From NCBI GenBank assembly GCA_964619465.1, contig CAZUES010000005.1:12182-76181 (forward strand): a stretch of DNA of 64,000 nt, read 5' to 3'. Origin of the DNA: an uncultured Gemmatimonas sp. Lineage in GTDB: Bacteria > Gemmatimonadota > Gemmatimonadetes > Gemmatimonadales > GWC2-71-9. Positions 54,100 to 62,085 of the stretch are shown in pieces. Made by a program: the position numbers and the translations under genes. Each line of letters starts with the position of its first letter. Position 1 is the stretch's first letter. A model generated the notes under the pieces. That model did no database searches and was not told the DNA's origin. It was given only the letters and a program-made list of their open reading frames with translations.

Positions 54100-55071
54100 A
54101 TGATGCGTTCCGCCTTACTGTGTGCCGCGGTGGCCGTGGCCGGCCTGGTTCCGGCCTCGCTCAGCGCGCAGGCAACCGAGCCGCCGGTCGAAGCGATGTC
54201 GCTGCTCGGAAAGCCGCTGCGGCGCCCTGCGCTCCCACCCAACGTCGAAGCGGTCTACGAGAAGAATCTGGCGTCCGCGCGGGCCGCCTGGGAGCGCACA
54301 CCTGAGAACGCCGACTCGATCATCTGGCTCGGCCGCCGCTTGGCATACCTGGGTCGTCACGCCGAAGCGATTGAGATCTTTTCACGGGGGATTGCGCGGC
54401 ATCCGAAGGATGCTCGTCTCTATCGGCATCGCGGGCATCGCTTCATTACGATCCGGCGGTTCGATGCCGCCATCAAGGACCTGGAACAGGCCTATGTCCT
54501 GGTGCGCGGCCGGCCGGATGAGATCGAGCCCGACGGCATTCCCAACGCGCGCGGGGTCCCGATCGGTACGCTCAACACCAACATCCGCTACCATCTGGGG
54601 CTAGCCCACTACCTCAAGGGCGACTTTGCCAAGGCGCTGCCGTACTATCAGGAGGATGTTGCCGCGGCCGTCAACGCCGACATGGTCGTTGCCACCAGCC
54701 ACTGGCTCTATATGACGCTGCGCCGGCTCGACCGGGCGGCGGAGGCTGCCAAGGTACTCGAGCCGATCCGGGCGGACATGGACATCATCGAGAATGGGGC
54801 ATATCATCGCCTGTTGCTGCTGTACAAAGGCCAGCTATCGGTCGACTCGCTCCAGAGTCCGCCTGGTGCGCGCGATGCGATTCAGGATGCCGGGATCGGC
54901 TACGGCATTGGCAACTGGCATCTCTACAACGGGCGTCGGGCCGAGGCACGCCGGACGTTCGAGCAGGTGATCGCGACGCCCCAGTGGGGCGCATTCGGGT
55001 ATATCGCAGCCGAAGCGGAGCTGGCCCGCTCCGCCGGTCGACGCGGGAGGGCAGGCGACCGGAGCAACTAA
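54100..55071 (+). CDS. secreted TPR-repeat protein
   Basis: A GAGGAG SD precedes the start. It has a signal peptide (MMRSALLCAAVAVAGLVPASLSAQA) and TPR-like helices (AEAIEIFSRGIARHPKDARLYRHRGHRF, YHLGLAHYLKGDFAKALPYY). Confidence 0.7.
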   Translation: MMRSALLCAAVAVAGLVPASLSAQATEPPVEAMSLLGKPLRRPALPPNVEAVYEKNLASARAAWERTPENADSIIWLGRRLAYLGRHAEAIEIFSRGIARHPKDARLYRHRGHRFITIRRFDAAIKDLEQAYVLVRGRPDEIEPDGIPNARGVPIGTLNTNIRYHLGLAHYLKGDFAKALPYYQEDVAAAVNADMVVATSHWLYMTLRRLDRAAEAAKVLEPIRADMDIIENGAYHRLLLLYKGQLSVDSLQSPPGARDAIQDAGIGYGIGNWHLYNGRRAEARRTFEQVIATPQWGAFGYIAAEAELARSAGRRGRAGDRSN

Positions 55072-55118
55072 CCTCTTGCGGACTCGCCAGCCTGACGGGT
55101 CCGCTGTCGGAGATCTCG

Positions 55119-56324
55119 ATGCGGTCCTCCTGGATCGGTTCGCAGGCAGCCGCTCTTGCGGCTTCACTCTGGATGGCCGGTTGCCAGTCGCAACTCGACA
55201 ACCGCACGGCGATCATCGACACCTTGCCGTCCGGCATCGTGCGGATCGTCAACACCGAGCCCGCCTGGCGTCATGCGGAGGCCGCATGGACGCTGTCGCC
55301 CCCGACGCGTTTTGGTGATGGCGACGGCAGCCCGGGTGAGCTGATTCAACCGATCATGGTTCGGACGGATTCTTGGGGGCGAGTTTATATCGTCGATCGG
55401 CAGCCGATCGCAATTAAAGTGTTCGACGCCCAAGGGAGGATGATACGAACCATCGGACGCACTGGAGGCGGTCCCGGCGAGTACCGGGTTGCCTTCCCGG
55501 CCATCGCCAACGGGCGTCTGATCGTGCACGATCCACAACAGCAGCGCACCTCCGTCTTCGATACCAGCAGCACGTTCCTGCACAGCTGGGCTTCGTCCTG
55601 CTGTAACTGGAATCACATATCCGTGGACAGCGCCGATCGTATCTATGTGCCGATCAATGTGATTGCAGACAGACCGAAAACGGCACCGGACGTATCGTTC
55701 GCACGGTTCCGATTCGATGGCGCCCTGATAGACACCGTTGGTTTCGCAGGAAAGTTGATCGCCCGCTGGGAGTTCCACTGGACTCGTGGCGGACGAAGCG
55801 GACAAACGGCAGGAGTCGTGCCCTTTGCTGCACAGCAGTTCCATGCACCGTACCCCACCGGCGGATTCGTGATCGGCTGGAGCGGCGACGGCCGGCTGGT
55901 GCGAACCCGATCGAGCTCCGATACCCTGTGGGTAACCGACTGGCCGGCGCCGACACGGCCCCTGCCCGACTCGCTGCGGCGATCCGAAACCGAGCGGTTC
56001 CTGGCAACGGTCACGCCCCTATTCGGCGCGGCGCGGGCCAACTCGGTTGTCTCAATCGACGATGTCCCGACCGTTGCGCCTGTCTTTTCGGCCATCACCG
56101 TCGACCCCCTTGGCTATATCTGGATTCAGGGACATCTCCTGCCGGGAGATACCACGACAGTATTTGACACCTTCGACCCCGATGGAATCTGGTTGGGCGT
56201 CATCACCCTGCCAGTCGCGATGGCCGACTGGGCGCAGGCACACATCAGCGAGGACGCGATCTATGCCATCGTCGAAGACGAAGATGGTCAGCCCGCCGTA
56301 CTTCGCTATCGCATCACCCGATGA
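55119..56324 (+). CDS. six-bladed beta-propeller (NHL-like) lipoprotein, paralog 1
   Basis: Has the lipobox LWMAGC, GRTGGGPGEY and repeated strand patterns, and a C-terminal ...VLRYRITR. Start at ATG 55119. Confidence 0.65.
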   Translation: MRSSWIGSQAAALAASLWMAGCQSQLDNRTAIIDTLPSGIVRIVNTEPAWRHAEAAWTLSPPTRFGDGDGSPGELIQPIMVRTDSWGRVYIVDRQPIAIKVFDAQGRMIRTIGRTGGGPGEYRVAFPAIANGRLIVHDPQQQRTSVFDTSSTFLHSWASSCCNWNHISVDSADRIYVPINVIADRPKTAPDVSFARFRFDGALIDTVGFAGKLIARWEFHWTRGGRSGQTAGVVPFAAQQFHAPYPTGGFVIGWSGDGRLVRTRSSSDTLWVTDWPAPTRPLPDSLRRSETERFLATVTPLFGAARANSVVSIDDVPTVAPVFSAITVDPLGYIWIQGHLLPGDTTTVFDTFDPDGIWLGVITLPVAMADWAQAHISEDAIYAIVEDEDGQPAVLRYRITR

Positions 56325-56344
56325 CTCGAGAACCGGGCAGAAAA

Positions 56345-56989
56345 ATGGACACGAATTTCTGGCAGAAAAAATGGATCGACAATGAAATCGCATTCCACGA
56401 AGGGAAGCCTAACGCGCTACTCGTGCGGCACGTCCATCGTCTTGCGCTACCGCCGGGAGCGCGACTGTTCCTGCCGCTCTGCGGCAAATCGCAGGACATT
56501 CCCTGGATCGTCAGCCAAGGCTTCCGGGTCGTTGGTGCGGAGCTTAGTCCAATTGCCGTCGCACAATTTTTTGCCGAGCTCGGAGTACAACCAGACGTTA
56601 CGCCGATCGGCAAACTGACGCGCTATCGAGCTACCGGCATCGAGATCTTCTGCGGCGACATCTTCGAGCTGACACCGGCAGCATTGGGTTCAGTCGACGC
56701 CATCTACGACCGAGCGGCGCTCGTCGCATTGCCGGTCGAGATGCGCACGCGCTATGCGAAGCATCTCGTCGAGATTGGGGGCATCGCTCCGCAGCTTCTG
56801 ATCAGCTTTGACTACGACCAGTCGGCTATGGAGGGACCACCGTTCGCAGTCAACGGGCGGGAGATTGGCCATCTGTACCGCGACACGCATCAGCCCCACT
56901 TGCTGGAAGAGAGGAATATCGCCGGCGGCCTCAAGGGTCAATGCGAGGCGACCGAACAGGCATGGCTGCTCGAACCGTTGGCTTCGTGA
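56345..56989 (+). CDS. tpm: thiopurine S-methyltransferase family SAM-dependent methyltransferase
   Basis: MDTNFWQKKWIDNEIAFHEGKPN is the typical TPMT N-terminus, followed by LFLPLCGKSQD (SAM motif I) and DRAALVALP. An alternative ATG at 56321 would overlap the upstream stop. Many codons end in A/T. Confidence 0.8.
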   Translation: MDTNFWQKKWIDNEIAFHEGKPNALLVRHVHRLALPPGARLFLPLCGKSQDIPWIVSQGFRVVGAELSPIAVAQFFAELGVQPDVTPIGKLTRYRATGIEIFCGDIFELTPAALGSVDAIYDRAALVALPVEMRTRYAKHLVEIGGIAPQLLISFDYDQSAMEGPPFAVNGREIGHLYRDTHQPHLLEERNIAGGLKGQCEATEQAWLLEPLAS

Positions 56990-58125
56990 TGAGCGCACTA
57001 TCCAGCCGCCTTCATCACGTGATTGGCTCCCTCCTCGTGGCCATGGCGGGCTGTGGTGATTCGGGCTACCGATTGGATCCGGCCACAAGGGGACCGACAA
57101 TAGCGCTGATCGACTCGATAGCGCTGCGCATCCCGATGGACTTCGAGATCGGCCCCCTGCTGGTCCCATCGCGCGTCGGAGATGGATATCTCATCACCGA
57201 TCAGGTCCAGTTCCGGACTTATCGCTTCGACGGTACGGGCACGGCAACCGGAGGATTTCCGGTCCGTCCCTCCCCCGAACCGGCCGTCACTGCCTCACCC
57301 GCCATTGTCCTGGCGGGAGATTCGCTGATCGCAGTCCACGACTGGCGCGACGAAGTCCTGCGGGTCTTCCATTTGAAGACGGGAACGCTCCGCTATCAGG
57401 TGCGCGCGCCGTTTCGCATGGGCAGCGCCGGCTGGACAGCGAATGGAAGCGAGATCCTGATCGGTACGGGGTTTATCGAAACATCGATTGCCCGCTGGCT
57501 AGGAACACGAGAGGATCCTGCGCTGCTGGGGTCGATACCTCAGCGCCTGTTGGATACAAGGCCGGTTTATATCCGCTATGGCAGCTCCGCCGTTGCAGCC
57601 ACCGACACGTCGATCCTCCTCGCCCTGCCGACGGAGCCTGGCATCCGGATCCTAGCCTTGGACGGCCAATTGAAGCACGGAATTCTCATTCCGGCTGTGC
57701 GGCGAAAGGGAGCTCCAGCCGGACTGCTCGAGCGAGAGAGGGTGCGGAAGACAGAACGATGGCATCACACAACCGGGTCGACCATTGGTGGACTGCATCG
57801 CCGTTTGGATGGCGGGTTTCTGGTCCACTACCTCGACTGGGATCAAGTCGGTCACGATTCGCTGCCCCGACCGTCGGAGTTACTGCGTGGCAACTACCAC
57901 TCCTACCTGACCCTGGTATCTCCCGACGGTCGCCGGCTTTGTATCGATGGCCACATCCCGGCACCCAGCGATCATCGCCACAACATGATGACTCGCGGTG
58001 ATACGTTAGAGCTGCTCGCCCGGCGAGATACGGTGCCGGGCCACACTCGGGTCACCATCTACCGGTACCTCGTGTCCACCGAGGGATGCGACTGGGTCGA
58101 CGCCCCCAGCTGGCAACCCGATTGA
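56989..58125 (+). CDS. beta-propeller-like lipoprotein, paralog 2
   Basis: Has the lipobox VAMAGC. The ATG overlaps the tpm stop (TGATG). The C-terminus is ...IYRYLVSTEGCDW. Confidence 0.6.
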   Translation: MSALSSRLHHVIGSLLVAMAGCGDSGYRLDPATRGPTIALIDSIALRIPMDFEIGPLLVPSRVGDGYLITDQVQFRTYRFDGTGTATGGFPVRPSPEPAVTASPAIVLAGDSLIAVHDWRDEVLRVFHLKTGTLRYQVRAPFRMGSAGWTANGSEILIGTGFIETSIARWLGTREDPALLGSIPQRLLDTRPVYIRYGSSAVAATDTSILLALPTEPGIRILALDGQLKHGILIPAVRRKGAPAGLLERERVRKTERWHHTTGSTIGGLHRRLDGGFLVHYLDWDQVGHDSLPRPSELLRGNYHSYLTLVSPDGRRLCIDGHIPAPSDHRHNMMTRGDTLELLARRDTVPGHTRVTIYRYLVSTEGCDWVDAPSWQPD

Positions 58126-58243
58126 GGCTACCAGGCAGGCACCCCTTTACGGCTCCCCGCTTGGCAGGTAACGTCCGGATGCTCGCGCACAGCTACCCTG
58201 CCCCCCGGAATCGTGCGCAGATCCTGATTGACGCGAGGACCAA

Positions 58244-59350
58244 ATGGCAGTTTCGATCGCCTCTCGTGGGCTAGCCGCGCTGTGCTTCGCCTTTGTTACC
58301 GCCTGTTCCGCTGCGGACTCAGGCCCCGGGGCCGACTCTCCACTCGTACTGATCGATTCGACCAGCATTGCCGAAACCGACTCGACCATGATCGGGGCCT
58401 ATTCCTATCTGAACCCTGGGCCGGACGGCAGCATTCTGATTGCCGACCACGCCGGTGGCCGCCTGCTGCACTACGCCAGGTCCGGAGCCCTGCTCCGAAT
58501 CATCGGCCGAAGAGGCATGGGGCCCGGCGAAATCCAGAGCGTCATGACGGCACTCCCGCTGCCCGGCGACTCACTGCTGGCCGCCCTCGATGTGCGCCAA
58601 AGGGCGTTTTCCATTTTCGATCTGGCAACCGGTACCTTTCGACGCCGTGTACGAGCCCCGCTCAACGCTCCCGGAACCAGCTGGACCTGGCGCGGCGATA
58701 CGGTCGTCTTTGCCGTCAATGCTACTCCGGCGATCTATGCACGCTGGGACACCCGAAGCGACAGCATTGCTGTCTTCGGAAAGCCCCCAATCGTCGCATC
58801 GACCCACCCGCATTTGTATATGGTGTACGGTTTCCAGAACGTGGCCATGCTGGGAAACCGCCTCGTCGCGCAGCTGCCGATGATACCGGGGATCGTTTTC
58901 CTCGATGCGGATGGAAGCCCGACCGGCAGCATGACCTATCCTCCCAATGGAAGCCGGGGTGTCCCGACCGATCTCGCTGATCGACACGGTCCGGTTCCAG
59001 ATCCGACTGCTTCGATGCATGGCTCGTCTGCCATTGGTTTGCGGGTACTGTCGTCCGGTCATGTTGCCGTGCTGACCACAGACTATGACGGCCCCGCTAA
59101 ACCGGAGAGTGTCCGCTTCTTCCTGACACTCGTCGATGTCGACCGGAAGCAGGCCTGTGTCGACCTCCCACTGCCAGTTGCCTCCGAGTCCTTACTGCCG
59201 TTCCCGGTATTTCAGAACGACCAGATCCTCTTTCTTGCAATGCATTCGGACACCGACGACGGAGTGCGGTCGGTCCTGTATCGATTCCGAATCGACCCGA
59301 ATGCCTGTCGATGGACCGCGGCAACCGAAACCGGCGCGCCACCTGTTTGA
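58244..59350 (+). CDS. six-bladed beta-propeller (NHL-like) lipoprotein, paralog 3
   Basis: Has the lipobox FVTAC and GRRGMGPGEI. The C-terminus is ...LYRFRIDPNACRW. Confidence 0.65.
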   Translation: MAVSIASRGLAALCFAFVTACSAADSGPGADSPLVLIDSTSIAETDSTMIGAYSYLNPGPDGSILIADHAGGRLLHYARSGALLRIIGRRGMGPGEIQSVMTALPLPGDSLLAALDVRQRAFSIFDLATGTFRRRVRAPLNAPGTSWTWRGDTVVFAVNATPAIYARWDTRSDSIAVFGKPPIVASTHPHLYMVYGFQNVAMLGNRLVAQLPMIPGIVFLDADGSPTGSMTYPPNGSRGVPTDLADRHGPVPDPTASMHGSSAIGLRVLSSGHVAVLTTDYDGPAKPESVRFFLTLVDVDRKQACVDLPLPVASESLLPFPVFQNDQILFLAMHSDTDDGVRSVLYRFRIDPNACRWTAATETGAPPV

Positions 59351-59366
59351 GGCCGTCGGGTAGCGA

Positions 59367-59392
59367 AACCAAGCCTCAATTGAGGTTTGGTT
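59367..59392 (+). terminator. 11-bp hairpin downstream of the third propeller gene
   Basis: AACCAAGCCTC-AATT-GAGGTTTGGTT (one G-U pair) lies 17 nt after the stop. The U-rich tail is only partial. Confidence 0.4.
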
Positions 59393-59629
59393 GACTCTGC
59401 ATCACGACCATTCGGAATGGCTGCCTGCGCCGGCCGGAACGTCGAGTACGGCCTGACTGGCAGGCTGCCGCCTCCCTGACGTGCTCGAGCGCGTTGGCGG
59501 CTGGTGCGTCCTTTTGCCGATCCGGCGCATCTACCCCGAAGTCCATACAATCGAGTGTAAGGTTTCGGCGGTCGAGACGGACTGCCATAATTCCTTACTC
59601 ACCCTCGTGACCCGTGGTACTATTGGCTC

Positions 59630-60934
59630 ATGGCCCCACGACAACTCTTGCTTGCCGGCGTCCTCGTCAGCGCACTGACCGGCACCGCCGCCGCGCAGCA
59701 GCGGTCCCTTACGCTCCGAGAGGCCCTGGACCGCGCCGAACGGGTCGACCCGCAGGTCGTCCAGGCGCTTGGCGCCTATCGCAACAGCTCGGCCGCCGTC
59801 CGCACGGCGTACGGTCAGTTTCTTCCGGACCTGAGAGCCACAGCTACCTGGGGAACCAGCTTTTCCGACGGCCCGTCTCGCTTGGACCCGACAACCAATG
59901 AGATCCTGCCCGGCGGCACCACCAACTCGAGCCTGAACCTGGGCGCCAGCGCTTCGTACGACCTGTTTACCGGTTTTCGTCGCGGGCGCGATCTCACCGC
60001 CGCCAGGGCATCACGCGCCCAGGCCGACGCCACCGTCGACTACCAGCGCGCGCAGAACCGCCTCCGCACCACCCGGGCGTTCATCGAGGCGGCCCAAACC
60101 ACCCAGCTCGTTGCCGTGCGCCGCGAAGCAATCCGCCGCGCCGAAGAGCAGTTTCAGATCGCCATTGCCCGGCTGGCGACACGCGCAGCCAACGTAGCCG
60201 ATTCCCTGACTGCGACCGTCACCCTGAACGAAGCCCGCCTCCGGCTGGCATCCGAAGAACGTCAACTCGCCGCGAGCGAAGCGGGGCTGGCTCGGCTGAT
60301 CGGGGAAGATGGCCGGGTCACTGCCGTGATCGACTCGTCGCTCTTCGGCGTGGCCGATGTAGCCGACACCAACGCTCTGCGCGCCGAGGCGGTCCGCCAG
60401 GCGCCGCATGTGCTGCGGACCGAAGCTGCCGAGGACGCGGCCGAGGCCAACCTGAGCGCGGCCCGGTCACTGTATTATCCGAGTCTCAACCTGACCGCCA
60501 ATACCTCGTTTGCCGGCAGCCGGTTCAACGAATACCAGCTCTACAACAGCCGCTCGCTCGGTCTGGGGCTGAGCTATCCGCTCTTCAATCGATTTCAGCG
60601 CGAGCAGCAGATCGCCACCAGGCGAAGCGACTACGAGACCGCCATGGCGCAGGCCGCCGATGCCCGGCGGGAAGTCGGCGCGACCCTGACCACGCAGCTG
60701 GCGGCACTTCGCGCAGCCGAGATTCGGGTCACCACGGCGCTCGCCAATCTCGACGCGGCCCGGGCGCTGGTTCGAGTCCAGATGGAACGCTATCGGATCG
60801 GTTCACTCACCATAGACGTCCTGAGTCGGGCCCAGGAACAGCTCGATGCGGCGGAAGCCGAAGCCGTTCGGGCGCGATTCGAGTACGTACTGGCCAAAGC
60901 AGAGATCGAAGCCCTGATCGGGAGGACGTTGTGA
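59630..60934 (+). CDS. TolC family outer-membrane efflux protein
   Basis: Has a signal peptide, the N-terminal LTLREALDRAE motif, and two repeat halves rich in coiled-coil Ala/Arg/Gln. Confidence 0.8.
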   Translation: MAPRQLLLAGVLVSALTGTAAAQQRSLTLREALDRAERVDPQVVQALGAYRNSSAAVRTAYGQFLPDLRATATWGTSFSDGPSRLDPTTNEILPGGTTNSSLNLGASASYDLFTGFRRGRDLTAARASRAQADATVDYQRAQNRLRTTRAFIEAAQTTQLVAVRREAIRRAEEQFQIAIARLATRAANVADSLTATVTLNEARLRLASEERQLAASEAGLARLIGEDGRVTAVIDSSLFGVADVADTNALRAEAVRQAPHVLRTEAAEDAAEANLSAARSLYYPSLNLTANTSFAGSRFNEYQLYNSRSLGLGLSYPLFNRFQREQQIATRRSDYETAMAQAADARREVGATLTTQLAALRAAEIRVTTALANLDAARALVRVQMERYRIGSLTIDVLSRAQEQLDAAEAEAVRARFEYVLAKAEIEALIGRTL

Positions 60935-62070
60935 CGCGAACCGTACCGGTCGCAGCCTTGCTGCGCACCCTGGTTTATACCGCACTGCCCCTGCTGGTCC
61001 TGGCGGGCTGCAAGAAGGCCGAACCGGCAGATGGCGACTCGGCAGGCGAGGACGGCGCCGAGTCGAGCAGCGGGAATGTCACGCTCCCGGTAATCGGTCA
61101 GTCGGTCCGCAAGGGCGATCTGGTGCTTTCGATCGTGACCACGGGACAAGTACGCTCCGACGGCATCGCAATGCTCAAGAGCGAAACCACCGGACCGATC
61201 ACCGCGGTCAAAGTCCGCCCCGGCGATCGGGTGACTCAGGGCCAGGTGCTGGTCGAAGTCGACCCCAGAGAGCTCGACCTGGCGGTAGAGCAGGCCCAAG
61301 CCACGCTCGACGACGCCAAACTCAAAGTCCTCGACAACATCATCGGCGACTCGATCGTGACCGGCCGCGCCGTAACCGGCGAGCGGCTCCGCAGCGCCGA
61401 GATCCGTGCCGGGCTCGATCGAAGCAAGTCAGAGCTCGAGCGAGCCAAGCTGCAGCGGGAGCGGGCCGCCATCGTCGCACCGTTCTCCGGGGTGGTCGAT
61501 GAGATCAAGGTCGCCGTCGGCGAACGCCTGAGCCAGGGTCAGGACATTGCCCGGATCGTGGACCTCTCGAACCTCCGGGTCGAAGCGTCGGTGCTGGAGC
61601 ACGACCTGCCGCTGATTCGGATCGGCGGAGACGCCACCATCACCGCAGCGGCCGTTGCCGACCGACCGATCAGCGGACGGATCGCCGCGATCCTGCCTCT
61701 GGTCGACAGTACCACCCGCGCGGGGCGGGCCGTGGTGCGCATCAGCGGCAACAGTGTGCTCCGCCCCGGGATGTACGCCGATGTCCGCCTGGAGGCGACC
61801 CGCCTGCCCGGCCGCGTCATCGTGCCGGCGTCGGCTGTGATCGAGCGCGATGGCCGCCCGCTCGTCTTCGTAGCCAGGGACGGACGGGCGCAGTGGGTCT
61901 ACATCTTCCCGGGCCGGAGCAACGGATTGGAAACCGAAGTCCTGCCCGACAGCGCAACCGGACAGATCCCGGTGTCGGCCGGAGATACCGTACTGATCGA
62001 AGGCCACCTGACGCTGACACACGATGCGCCGGTGCGCATGGTGGCTCGCCAGGAACGCGGCACGCCGTAA
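60931..62070 (+). CDS. efflux RND transporter periplasmic adaptor (MFP/HlyD family), lipoprotein
   Basis: A GTGA overlap links it to the TolC gene. It has the lipobox LVLAGC, a lipoyl-like region (GQVLVEVDP...IVAPFSGVV), and a beta-barrel region. Confidence 0.8.
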   Translation: MTRTVPVAALLRTLVYTALPLLVLAGCKKAEPADGDSAGEDGAESSSGNVTLPVIGQSVRKGDLVLSIVTTGQVRSDGIAMLKSETTGPITAVKVRPGDRVTQGQVLVEVDPRELDLAVEQAQATLDDAKLKVLDNIIGDSIVTGRAVTGERLRSAEIRAGLDRSKSELERAKLQRERAAIVAPFSGVVDEIKVAVGERLSQGQDIARIVDLSNLRVEASVLEHDLPLIRIGGDATITAAAVADRPISGRIAAILPLVDSTTRAGRAVVRISGNSVLRPGMYADVRLEATRLPGRVIVPASAVIERDGRPLVFVARDGRAQWVYIFPGRSNGLETEVLPDSATGQIPVSAGDTVLIEGHLTLTHDAPVRMVARQERGTP

Positions 62071-62085
62071 AGGGGCAACGTCCGA

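Noticed and set aside
59376-59588. A 70-aa minus-strand ORF divergent from the TolC gene; a possible small regulator.
   Set aside because: It has no HTH or other motif and no SD. Its wobble G/C is only moderate, and it spans the terminator-like palindrome region. I treat it as non-coding pending expression data.
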